Of a stretch of DNA of 64,000 nucleotides, positions 44,075-56,105 are shown piece after piece; positions within the stretch are counted from its first letter, which is position 1, and each line of letters begins with the position of its first letter. Position numbers and translations under genes: made by a program. The notes beneath the pieces were generated by a model. The model was not told the origin of the DNA. It worked only from the letters and a program-made list of their open reading frames with translations, and did not search any database. Location of the stretch: the NCBI GenBank assembly GCA_039096225.1, contig JBBPEB010000015.1, positions 1,302,001 through 1,366,000 of the forward strand, read 5' to 3'. This DNA comes from Blastocystis sp. Blastoise (Eukaryota; Protista; Bigyra: Opalinata).

Positions 44075-44200
44075 AAAGGCTGCTTTAACCGAGTGAATCA
44101 CGATTATTTTATAGTTTTTCTCCAAAAACACTTTTCCAGTCTTCTTCCCTCACAAAGGTGACTACTTATCCGTGGGTCTTTCGGTTCATTAGTGGTCTTT
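44075..44200 (+). ncRNA. Candidate structured RNA (long imperfect hairpin) upstream of PABPN1
   Basis: Nested helices AAAGGCTGCT/AGTGGTCTTT, AACCGAG/TTCGGTT, GA.TCACG/CGTGG.TC and TAGTT/GACTA. Several G-U pairs form only on the + strand. Confidence 0.55.
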
Positions 44201-44290
44201 GGCTTTTCAATTAATTTTGACTTTTTATGTGGTAAACCTTTTTATCAAAATATCTATATATATATTTAATTTTTTGAAAAAATAATAATT

Positions 44291-45208
44291 ATGGGCATAC
44301 CTTCTGAATCTAATAAAACAGTTCAAGACAATAAGACGAATAATAATCAACCAATTAAACAAGAAGTTGCTGCAATTCCTGAGAATACTGATGAAGTTGA
44401 CGCTTTAGTTGATCAAGTTGAAGAAATTGTTGATAAAACAGAAAAAGAAGAAGTCAATAATGAAACTAAATCCACTGAAGTTTCTGAAATTGTTAAGGGT
44501 GCTATTGATCCTAGTCAGACTCCTGTTGGTGTAGTTGAAGATAATAGTGTCTTTGTTCAACAAGTTGATTATTCTGTTACTCCTGAACAATTAAGTGCTG
44601 AATTTGCTACTTGTGGTGTTGTTAGAAGAGTTACTATTCTTTGTAATAATAAAAACCAACCTAAAGGGTATATATATGATATAGATATATATAATATATA
44701 TGTAAATATCAAATTATTAATATATATTATATAAATAATATATATAATATATATTAAAATAAATGTAAATATCAAATTATTAATATATATTATATAAATA
44801 ATATATATAATATATATGAAATATCAAATTATTAATATATATTATATAAATAATATATATCTATTCATTCATATATATAGTTGTGCTTATATTGAATTTG
44901 CTGATAAGGAAGCTGCTCAAACTGCTTTATTACACGATAATACTCAATTTGCTGGTAGAACAATTAAAGTATTAATATATTATATGTATTACTTATTTTT
45001 TAATGATATTTTTTTACTGTTTAGTTTATAATTAATATTAGTTCTATATACTAATAATGAGTATGATTATCATATACTATTTATTTAGGTTTCTTTAAAA
45101 CGTAAGAATCTTCCTCGTTTTATTCTTCGTGGTAGTGGTCGTAATGCTCATAGTGGTCGTGGAGGTAAAGCTCCTCGTGGTAGAATGAATATGACTTTTA
45201 AACCTTAA
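44291..45208 (+). CDS. PABPN1: Nuclear poly(A)-binding protein 2 (PABPN1/Pab2-like), 3 exons
   Basis: Acidic N-terminus; RRM NSVFVQQVDYSVTPEQL..F.TCG.VRRVTILC....PKGCAYIEF; KRKNLP followed by an RG-rich tail. Confidence 0.85.
44701..44860. repeat. About 60-bp unit tandemly repeated roughly three times in PABPN1 intron 1
   Basis: AAATATCAAATTATTAATATATATTATATAAATAATATATAT recurs at about 44704, 44767 and 44819. Confidence 0.85.
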
Positions 45209-45651
45209 TCAATTGAATCCTATCGTTTTAAGATCAAGTTTATTACTTTTCTTTTTTTAATTTTACATTCTTATTGTTTTTAGGTGTTATTAAAAATTTT
45301 GTATATTATAATTGAGTTCAGTATTATGATGTTTTAAATATATACTACGTTTTATTATACTACTAAAAACACATTTATATTTCTCTGTATATTGAGATAT
45401 AATAAACAAATAGATCAAAAAAAAATATATATATATATCTTTTAAATTATATAAATAGATGATAAATTAATCGTTCTCATTCTTAAAAAAGAGAATTTTA
45501 AAATAATGCAAATACATATACAACAAGAAAAATAATACTAAAACAGTTGTTTAAATAACAGAAAAACATGAAGAAAATACATATGTTAATAGAAATAAGG
45601 AAATATAGATAAATAGAGAAGAATCTAGAGATTAATGTATAATTTATTCAT

Positions 45652-47798
45652 TTAACAGAAAGGTTGTGTATTTCCTATGTTTAGATACGGTTATATAATA
45701 ATAATAAAAAATATATATAATACTAATTTGATTAATAATAAAACATATATAATAAAAATAATAAACATAATAAACATAATAAAATTTACCTTGAATATTT
45801 TGTATTTGATTGACATTAACTTGCATATTGACATTATTAGTTTGTGGTTGGTTGTTCATCATGGGTTGTTGTTGAGTAGATATCATATTACCACGAACAT
45901 TATTAATAGCAGGATTCATATAAGTATTTTGTTCTAATTTCACTTCTGTCTTGGTAGGGATTTGTTTTGTATTTTGAACTTGACCTTGCATGATATTCAT
46001 GGTTTGAGTTTGAATCATTGGAGTATTTGCAGTATTATAATACTGTTGTTGCATAGGTTGTTGTTGGATTGTTTGTTGTTGTTGTTGAATAGCCTGTTGT
46101 TGTTGTTGCATAGGTTGTTGTTGCTGTTGAATAGCCTGTTGTTGTTGTTGCATAGGTTGTTGTTGTTGTTGTTGAACAGGTTGTTGTTGTTGCATAGGTT
46201 GCTGTTGTTGTTGAACAGTTTGTTGTTGCTGTTGAAGAGCTTGTTGTTGTTGCATAGGTTGTTGTTGTTGTATATTTTGATGCATAGTGTTTGTAGAAGC
46301 AACTTGAGCAGTAGTAACAGTTTGATTTTGAGTAGGAAGTGTATTTGGAACAACAACGAGAACAGTTCCTGAGCCCATACGAACAACAGGTAAAACAGTA
46401 GGATTATTAGGACTCCAAGGAAGATGAACAGCCATAGCCTCAGGGTAAGAATTTGGATCTATAAAGAGTAATTTATAATTATGATAATTATATAAGATAA
46501 TATGTATTATTAAAGGAAAAAAAATAATAGTAAAGAATATATTAATTGTTAAAATAAAATTATATATATATATAAGATATAATAAAAATAATAATAAAAA
46601 TCAATAACAATAATGATATTATAACAATTATACTAAATATATACCTGTAAGATGAGGAACGGCCATGACGACACAAGGAGCAGGGTATAGAAGAGCTACA
46701 GCAGGGGGAAGATGAGAATTGTCAGTAGCCTGAGTATTGGAATACTGACTGATATTATTCGATCCTATATCATTCATACCCTATATATTGTATATATATA
46801 TATAGATACAGTATATATAGTAAGTATATGAAAAAATAAAAATAAAAATAAAATAAAAATAAGTATATACTCTGGTTTGTTTAACATTGGACATTTGAGA
46901 GACATTTGATTGTGTTTGAGTATTAATACGAGTATTCATTTGATTTAACATCCCTGTATTCTGAGTATTCTGATCATTTGCAAAGAAAGCCTCATCTTGA
47001 ATCCCTAAGAGTCATTGTATATTATTAATATTAAAATAAAATAGATCAATATAAATATATATAGAATAATAATAATAATAATAAGAAGAAGAAAAATAAT
47101 AAGAAAAAGAAATAAGAAAAAATAAGAAAATAAGATAAAAAATTAAAATAATAATAATAATAAAAATAAATTAAATAATAAAAATAAAATAATAAAATAA
47201 TAAAATAATAAAATAAAATAAAAATACAATTAGTATATCCTTTTGCCATAAATTTCAGTTGAGTATAAGGAAAAGCAACTGATTTTGTTATTTTACCACC
47301 AACAAGAACAACAGTTACAGTTTGAACTTGTGTACGAAGAACAATAGCAGTACAATTCTCACCCTAAAATAATATATATTATAAATTGAACTGTAAACTA
47401 GAAAAATGATTTAAAAAAATATATATATAGTTAATAACTATAAATCAGAAGAGACTATACATAAGAATAAAATATACTTCATATTGAACACTAACGAGAT
47501 CGTTTTTCTCTATTGGAATAATACTTGGAGTACCTAAAAATAATAATAAGGATAAAATGATCTAAATAAAAGTAATCGTCTTTAAAAACATACATTTCTT
47601 TTGAATAGAAACACAGTCATTCTTCACATCAACACAAATATCGGAATTATCAAGTTTAACCTTAATAGACTTAGGACTAATAGCTACAGCAGTACCATTT
47701 ATAGATCTTCCTTCTTGATTATATAGAATCGAGTCTCCTTTGCTGATATATTTCGTATATTTATTATCAATCTGTGTATAATTTAAAGGTGTTGTCAT
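45652..47798 (-). CDS. Hypothetical protein with two small KOW/Tudor-like beta modules and a Gln-rich low-complexity region, 7 exons
   Basis: In-frame GT-AG model. ISKGDSILY...GTAVAI...IKVKL and IEKNDLVSVQYEGENCTAIV...VTVVL modules; QQQQPM repeats encoded mostly by CAA. Confidence 0.65.
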
Positions 47799-48434
47799 CC
47801 TATTTAATATATTTGTAAATATAGAAAAATTATATAGTTAAAAAAAAATATTTGAAAACCTTTTAAAAAAAAAGGTAAAAAAAGTTTTCAAAAAATAACT
47901 GAAAAATAAAATATATTCATGACTAATTTCAGTTTTTCATTCTAGTTAATTGATGCCAAAATACTAGATAAAAAGAAAGTAAAACTACAGAATTTTCTTT
48001 TTAATATTATGCTGAATCATCTGTATTTTGGTATCAAATAACTAAAACAAATGCACTTTTAAGTAATTGTAATTCCCTTTTTTTTATGGATGAGAATAAC
48101 TGTAATATCGTTGTGATATATGCACATAAAGATAATGAAGCTATTGTATAATGACTAAAAAAAATTTTCTTGAAAAGAAACGTGAAATAATTTAAGTCAA
48201 TCAGAAAACAAAAACAAATATATATATATATCTATATTTATTTATTTATCAATTCCAATCAAGCAATATAAACACTGTTGAAATAGATATAAATGTATAT
48301 TGTGATAGTTTAAAAATCATCAAAGACGATGAAAAGAAATAGTAATACTTGTATATGATTTACACAAAAAGAAAAATCAAATAAGTAATAATAATGAATA
48401 AGAAATAAAATATAATATATAATAATAGAATATT

Positions 48435-50138
48435 TTAATATTTGCGTTGAACAGTGTTATTTTTACGTTTTTCTGCGTCATCCATAAGAAGTGGTGACGC
48501 TTCAGGATCGTTTTCCTCAGTTTGAACGCTTTGTTTAGAAGGCATGCTGTTATAACGTTCTAAGAATGATAGTAAATAATATAAATAGATAATAATGATG
48601 AATACAAATAAAATAGATAGTATGCAAGAAATAATAATAGGAATATATACCATAAGTATACCAAAGAGATCCAATAATTGTCATAATAGCACCTGCTAAT
48701 CCAAGAGGAGTTATAGACTGTCCAAAGAAATAAACAGAGAAAAGAACCATTATAACCTATATATATATATAATTTGTTTATTCTGATAATAAATTGATTT
48801 AGTAAAATGAAGAGTTATGTGAATAATATTATAATAGAATAAAATAAATAGAAATAAATAGAAATAAATAGAAATAAATAGAAATAAATAGAAATAAATA
48901 AAAATAAATAAAAAATAAGTAAAAAATAAATAAAAATAAATAAAAAATAAGTAAAAAATAAATAAAAATAAATAAAAAATAAATAAAAATAAACATAAAA
49001 ATACTTGTTTTAAGTTTCCACAGACATTCATGACAAGAGGAGATGTTTGTTTAACTGCTTCGAAATTAGATACATTGACTGTAAATGCAAGGAATCCATT
49101 GAAAGCAAGAAGAAGAAGAGTCTTTGTAGTACTACTATATATTCAAATATATTGAGTACTATATCTTATTATAATCATATAATTATTAAAAAATAAAGTA
49201 TTTATATATATAGTATACTTGGGTATCCATTCAGTATAGAAAACATTATCTACATATAAAGAGAAAGGTACTAATTCTAAAGCTCCAAAAGAACTATTCT
49301 ATATATATATATAATAACTTAGTTAAACATATTCATTCATCTAAAAATAAAAAGTATAAGAATGATAAATAGTATACAATAAAAAGTGTTTGTAAAGGTG
49401 AAACTTTTTGTTCTCCACTTAAAACAATCTTTGTAATAACTCCTTTCAAAGTAGACACTAAAACACTAAATACTAAAATGATAAAACCTATTTTTGTAAT
49501 CCATAACTAAATAAATATATAAATATAATAAAAAATATATACAGAAAATAATTAGATATATAAATATAATAAAATATATATATATTATATAATTAAATAA
49601 TATAAAATATAATAAAATATATATAATTCACCAAAGCAAACAAATGCTGAGCCAAGAATTACAGGAATTAAAGATAAACAAACACGGAAACTAGTTTTTT
49701 CACCTATTAAGAAATATTGTAAAATAGCTGTCCAGGCAGGAATAGTACAACGAACCATCTAAAGAATATCAAGAAAATAAATATATATATATATTAAATA
49801 ATATATTTATGAACAAAACAGAAACGATAAAACATATAAAAAAATACTTGATCAAGAGCTAAACTACAGAAACGAAGTGAGTAATTTGCAGATACAATAT
49901 TGACAATAAAGAGAACACTCATGAAGACTAATTTATTAAATGTCTTTTTGGATAATACTTGATTATTGTAATAAGAAGGATAAAAGAGTTTAACCATGAA
50001 TGAATAAAAGCATGATGATACCATATGAATTAATGTAAGAGTGATAGCATATGGACATTTCAATGTTGAGAAGAAGCTCTTATTCAGAACTACTACAAGA
50101 GCTGAGACTATAAACCATACAAAAGCCCAATGGATCAT
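48435..50138 (-). CDS. TPT / nucleotide-sugar transporter family (SLC35-like), 7 exons
   Basis: VVLNKSFF..CPYAITLTLIHM, NYSLRFCSLALDQMVRCTIP, FGE..GF, TSPLVMNVCGNLKQV and G..WY are typical DMT/TPT motifs. Confidence 0.9.
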
Positions 50139-50360
50139 TATTCTTTTTGTGTAAATAATACTTATTAAAAATGAATACTTAAAAAATCATCATTTTTCGA
50201 CAATTCAGGAATAATTTTTTATTATAACCAAGATTATGAATTGAACGTCATTTCGATCGTTATTGGTGTTTCCAAATATATTCATACAGAAAAAAATTCC
50301 CATATTTATTGGACAATTTCCCGGAAAAGCCAGTAAAAAATCATGAATAATTAAGAAGTG

Positions 50361-50444
50361 CTTGAATAGGCAGGGTTCGCCACGAAGACTCTCTTGGAGT
50401 ACAGACCGTACTCAAAGTACTGTTTGGCAAACCCTGTGTATAAG
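50361..50444 (-). ncRNA. Candidate structured RNA (GC-rich two-helix hairpin)
   Basis: CAGGGTTTGCCA/TGGCGAACCCTG 12-bp helix (one U-G on the minus strand) encloses GAGTAC/GTACTC. Core is about 50% GC in very AT-rich surroundings. Confidence 0.6.
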
Positions 50445-50793
50445 GTAATTTATTGTTTTTTTGTTGTTTTCCTTGATATCTAGTCAATATATAGAGTTTT
50501 CTACATTTACTTTTCATTTTGGCACTGTTAACTATAAATATAAATATTATAAACTTAAAAGAAGTCTTATATTCTTCATTTCTCATTTTGTTTTTCATGA
50601 ATTTGACGTCAACACTTTCAAATGATATTTATGGTCAAAAAATTGAATCATGAGAATAACTCATAGAATTCGAAGAATAAATTCATAGAATGAATAGAAT
50701 TCTATTGTTGTAATACCAACAACGAATTTTTGTGAAATAGAACCTGGAAGAAAGAAACTGTATAAAAACCAACAATTGTCTTCTTTATGATTA

Positions 50794-53227
50794 ATGAACA
50801 TGATGTCATTCATAATACTTATCATAGCGATTTTCTTCTTCATACAACCAACAAAGGCACAATGTATATTGAATATTATCATTTTTTTATAACCATTTTT
50901 AGTATGTGGTGAGTTTGATGGTAGTTGTAATGGACTATTAAGTATGATTTCTATATCATCTGTTTATATGGTTATGTATTTTATTAATTTACAGTCAAGC
51001 TAACTTCACAGTCACTGTGTTAAACGGTTATGTTACTCAATTAGCATATAAAAACTCTGTCTATAACAGAAATGGGTGTGATGCTATTGATTTAACATAT
51101 CAAACATATACTCTGTATTCATTTATTCTCATTATTTTTTTTCTATGTATCTTGTTTTAGTTACAATCTTGTTATCAATGGAACAAACAAAGATTATAAA
51201 AGTATATTATAAATGTGTAAACATAACCTGTTTATATTCATTAATATTACATATTTTTTTATAGTTTTATTACATATTTTATTTTTTTGTTTTTTCTATA
51301 TAAAACTTATGTTGAGCATGAAGCAACAGTAGTTGAATATACTATATTAGATAATGATAACTCAAGAGTCAATATGAATTTCACATGTACTCCTGAATTC
51401 CCTAAGAAAATAGAAACATCGATCGATGGATATAATTGTACGGTAAATAATGCATATAAAACTTATATTAATATAAAAGAGATCTTCTCTACTGAGCGTA
51501 TTATGATTAAATTCTCAAGTATTTTATTTATTATAATTGTTTATCTTTATTTATACAATTATTATGATTAATTATAATAATTTCTTTAGGTGAGAAAATG
51601 TATATAAAAGGATATGATAATAAAGATAATAATGAAGTTTCCATAAGTAGAAGTGGTATAAAACGTATTTTATTATTATTATATTTTTATTTTTTTTCTG
51701 TATATGATATATAAATATATAATATAATAAATAGTATACTATACTTCTTATATATAGAATGTTCAAAGTGTTTAGCAACAGATTTGTATCCTTCAGGTGA
51801 AGTAGGTGATAAAAAGAATGAATTTTGTCCTACAAATTCTACTGGTTATGTTATTATTGAATGTAAACAATTATCAAGTGGATCTAGTGTTTGGTCAGAG
51901 AATTTTGAAGAATGTAAAGTACCTAGTACTATATTATTTGTTAAAGAAGGATATACAACATTCAGATTCCCATTCTATGTATTTATTTTATTTTTATTTA
52001 TTTTTATTTTTATTTATTTTTATTTATTTTTATTTATTTTTATTTTATTTTTATTTTAGGTTATTTATTTTTATTGTATTTATCTCATTTTATATTATAT
52101 TATATTATATAATATAGTTGGATAATGTTGAAAAGACGGCCTATACTCCTTCTCAGAATGAAAAGTTATTAATGCAGTTCATTATATCATTTAATTCCTT
52201 TATTGAGACGGATAATATTGGATTTGATTCTGTATATACTACAGATGATACCTTAGAAATGCCTACAATTGTTGTTATTATTCGATTATATGTTCTTAAT
52301 GACTATAAAGAAAATTTTATTCCTTATGTAAATAATTATATTAATAATGGGAACTTTAACTTTGCACTTCGAAAGAAAGATCCTGCTTTCTATAATGTAT
52401 TTATCTATTCTATATATTATATTAATAATATTTATCTATTTATAAATATATATTATGCTAAATTATTATTATTATTTATCCTATAGGTGAATGTTCACAT
52501 TGATGCATCTCTTATAGAATTAGTTTCTTCTCAAACTCAAGAAGATAATCAACCTCTTATTATTGGATTAATTATAGCTTTAGTTGTTATAGTTATTATT
52601 GTTATTGCTTTAATTATAGCTATTATTTTTATTAATAAAAGGAAACATAATCAAAAGAAGGTTGATATTGAAATGAATACTACAGATAAAGATACTTCTA
52701 AACCTAAAGATAATAATAATAATAGCCATCATCATCATCGTCATCATCATAGTAGACATCATGATAAACCAACTACTACAAATATAATGAAATCAAATCC
52801 TATTGATGAATCTATTCCTACTACTCTTCCTCCTTCTCCTTCTCCTTCTGCTTCTTCTCTTCAACCTCTCCAGTTTAATTCTATTCCTACTCCACCTACA
52901 AACAATCAACCTTCTTCTCTTCCTATTCCACCTACTCTTCCTACTATTAATAATAATAATGCTGATAATAATAATAATAATAATGTTGATAATAATAATG
53001 TTGATAATAATAATAATAATAATAATAATGTTGATAATAATAATAATTTAGTTAATAATTTAGTTAATAATAGCGAAAATAATAATAATGTAGAAACATC
53101 TATTGATATTGATATTGATATTCCTCAACCCTTAAATCCTACTCTATCTGAAGATAAACCATGTACAACTATATCTCCTGAAGTCAACAATTCTATATCT
53201 ACAAACGTACCTCCTTCAACATTATAG
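50794..53227 (+). CDS. Single-pass type I membrane protein: signal peptide, Cys module, SEA-like juxtamembrane domain, TM, His/Pro/Asn-rich tail; about 9 exons
   Basis: MMSFIILIIAIFFFIQPTKAQ leader; CLATDLYP...CP....GYVIIEC......W......C; TM segment LIIGLIIALVVIVIIVIALIIAIIFI followed by NKRK. Two early junctions are uncertain. Confidence 0.7.
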
Positions 53228-53758
53228 TATTATTTCATTTATATAATTATTCAATTTATATATTAGAATTATTCATTGAATAAAAAATATTTATATTTAT
53301 ATTTTCTATTTAAAAGCAACATATCTTTTTCTATATAAGAATTTATATAATAAATTATAAGTCTATTCTCATAATGTTTTTATTTTCTTCATAGATGATA
53401 GTTTTCTATTTTGTTTATATTATTTCTTTTATTGTCTATTTCATTTTATTCTTTATATATCATCTTGTTTGAAATATATTTCTTTTGGAACTCCTCTTTG
53501 TAAAGTTAAATTCTAATAATAATATCAAATAATTTCTCATTTTTTTAATAACAAGAAATTAATGAACAATAAAACGCTTAACATATTAAAAACATTACAA
53601 TTTAATAAATATATTAGTAACGCATATAAATAATTATAATTAAAAAAAAGGAAAAAAAATTGCTAAAAAAAAAAGAAAAACTCACAAAATAATATTGAAA
53701 TGAATTATCGATTTAATCTTTTGTGTAATAGAATCTAGACTTACATCAAGAGAGCGCT

Positions 53759-56105
53759 TTAATAAGGAGTTATCTTAGGAATATCAAACATATCTTCTTT
53801 TCCCTTGATTAACTGAATGACAATATCATTTGCAGGTGTAGGTATTCCAAGTCTAAAGAAAAATAATCATATAATAAATATTTATAAATTTTAATAAATA
53901 ATAAAGTGATATAAAACAAGATATTTATTTTTAAAAATAATAATAATAATAATAAAAAAAAAAAAATAGAAACACAATCGGAAGCAAACAAGGAATGACA
54001 AAACCATAAAACTTTAAAATATCAAAAATAATTATAATATATCAATTAAATTATATATAAAAGAAATAAATAGAAGAAAATGAATAAGAAGATATTGAGT
54101 AAAATGGTTTTAACCAAAGGAGAAGACATGTCAATGTCTGAAGTCATTCATAACAAATATTATGGATTATATTTTTCGTATTTTAGCATATAGATAATCA
54201 ATGCTCACATTATAATGATTTTATTTTTCTAGAGCTCATTGGTGTGGACCATGTAAGAAATTTACACCGTTATTAAAAAAGAGATACAATAAAATGAAGA
54301 AGATTTCTGATGATTTTGAAGTTATATTTTGTTCTTTAGATAAAAATCAAAAAGAATTTGATGAATATTATGAAATGATGCCTTGGAAAGCATTTCCTTT
54401 TGAATCAAAAACTGGAGAGGACTTATCTAAATCCTATCGTGTAGAATTTCTTCCAACTTTAATACTTTTCAATCCTCAAGGAGAGATCATATCACAAAAT
54501 GCTGTCAAAGAATTTGAAGATATGAATCATAAATTCCCTTGGGAAAGCCAGAATAGTAAAGAAGTTTAATAATAATGTAGAAACATATGAATATCTTTAT
54601 GTATTATTTGTTTTATTAGAATTTATTTTTTCTCCTTTGATTAAAACCATTGTATTATTATTATTTAATATATATATATATATACTTTTTTCCTTGTTTA
54701 GAAATATACCCATTAATAAAATCAATTTCTGTTTTTCTTTTGTTTATAATATCAACAGACATTGAAGTCATACCATCTATTTAATAAAATATATTTTTAA
54801 TTATATATTTCATTAATAAAAGCAAAAAAAAAAAAAGATGATAAACAATAAAACAAAAAGATGATAAACAATAAAAAAAAATAAACAATAAAAAAAAACA
54901 ATAATAATAACTATACATACCAGCATTTGAATGGCATACATTAATAATATCAGCAAAAGGATCTTTACTACTTAAAGTGACTCCTAATTTACTACAGACA
55001 AGTAATCCTTCATCAACAATTTTTCTCATAAGTTCAATAGTTTCATGACAGTGAAGTAATTGTCCAAGTTTACATTCATAGATAGAAGTTAAACTATTAC
55101 ATGCAGCATTTAAGAGTAATTTAGACCATAAAACACCAGCCACCTCATTATCAGAAATACGAGTATCGATACCAACATATTGTAATATTTCACCCCAATA
55201 TTGTATATGGGGCTTAACAATTTATATATAGATTATAATAATTATATATATAATAAATAAATGAATATAGTTAAATTAATGGAATAATAAACAAAATTTA
55301 TAATATATATATATATATATATACTTCATTTTGTTCTGCTAACATAAGATAATTAGTACCAGGATGATACACTTGACCAGGTACTTTAATAAAACAATTA
55401 AAAGCTACACTTCCTTGAAGAACCTTATTTTCACCAAGAACTTCCTATTATTTATTATTATTTATTATTATTTATTTATTAAATATATAATAAATAATAA
55501 ATAAATAATAAATATATAAATATTAAATAAATAAATAATAAATATAAAATAAAATAAAAAATATAAAATAAATAAAAAAAAAATACTTGTAAGATTTCAA
55601 CATTACCCATACCATTTTGGAATGTAACAGCCCAACCATCTTCTTTTAATAATGATTTAGCTAAATAAGCACATTTTTCAGTTTCTAATGATTTACATAA
55701 AATAACAGCCTATAGACAATAAAGAATGAATCATAATATAGATTGTGAAAAATATGTTGACAGTAAAAGAAACAATGGTGAAACACATACATAATCAATC
55801 TTTCCATAATATTGATCAACATTATCATCATTACAAACAGTTACAGGTACACAATATTCTTCATCGTTATGAGTGACAGGAGTACATTGAGTAACCTTAT
55901 TCCAAAATTCCTTTGCACTATCAGATATAGGAACTACTTTTAATCCATTATTTTTCATAGCATTATAATGAGCAGCCCAAGGTGTATGAATAATAACATT
56001 AAACTGATCTCCAGGGAAATTATAAGAACCTGTTTGAAGCATAGCACCAATTAAAGAGCCTAAAGCTCCAGATGAAACAATCATTATATTTTTCTTTTCA
56101 GGCAT
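53759..56105 (-). CDS. panE: Ketopantoate (2-dehydropantoate 2-) reductase, PanE/ApbA family, 6 exons
   Basis: SSGALGS, ILCKS, TFQNGMGN, LWSKLLLNAACNSLT, TSMSVDI..KRKTEIDFING. Last exon (53759-53852) gives LGIPTPAN...LIKGKE. Confidence 0.88.
54080..54569 (+). CDS. Nucleoredoxin/tryparedoxin-like thioredoxin, 2 exons, nested in the panE last intron
   Basis: GLYFSAHWCGPCKKFTPLL, FEVIFCSLD, YYEMMPWKAFPF, LPTLIL, FPW. Confidence 0.92.

Noticed and set aside
44073-44240. U11 snRNA identity
   Set aside because: The AAAAAGG start is similar, but it is buried in a long stem and the U11 four-stem layout is not evident.
45962-46386. Leu-rich antisense and Asn-rich alternative-frame ORFs
   Set aside because: Other frames of the CAA repeat in the polyQ gene.
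47005-47240. Apparent GA donor in the polyQ gene
   Set aside because: An in-phase canonical GT donor lies 12 nt downstream (..TNW/IQD).
50361-50444. 5S rRNA, tRNA, U5 or RNase MRP identity for the hairpin
   Set aside because: Only fragmentary resemblance; no cloverleaf, U5 loop I or P4 pseudoknot sequences.
50341-50882. Two minus-strand ORFs (85 and 73 aa) in the divergent spacer
   Set aside because: No motifs. One overlaps the hairpin, and the other is antisense to the signal-peptide exon.
55213-55324. panE intron 3 as a firm GT-AA intron
   Set aside because: An in-frame AG is 9 nt downstream, so it is kept only as a possible case.
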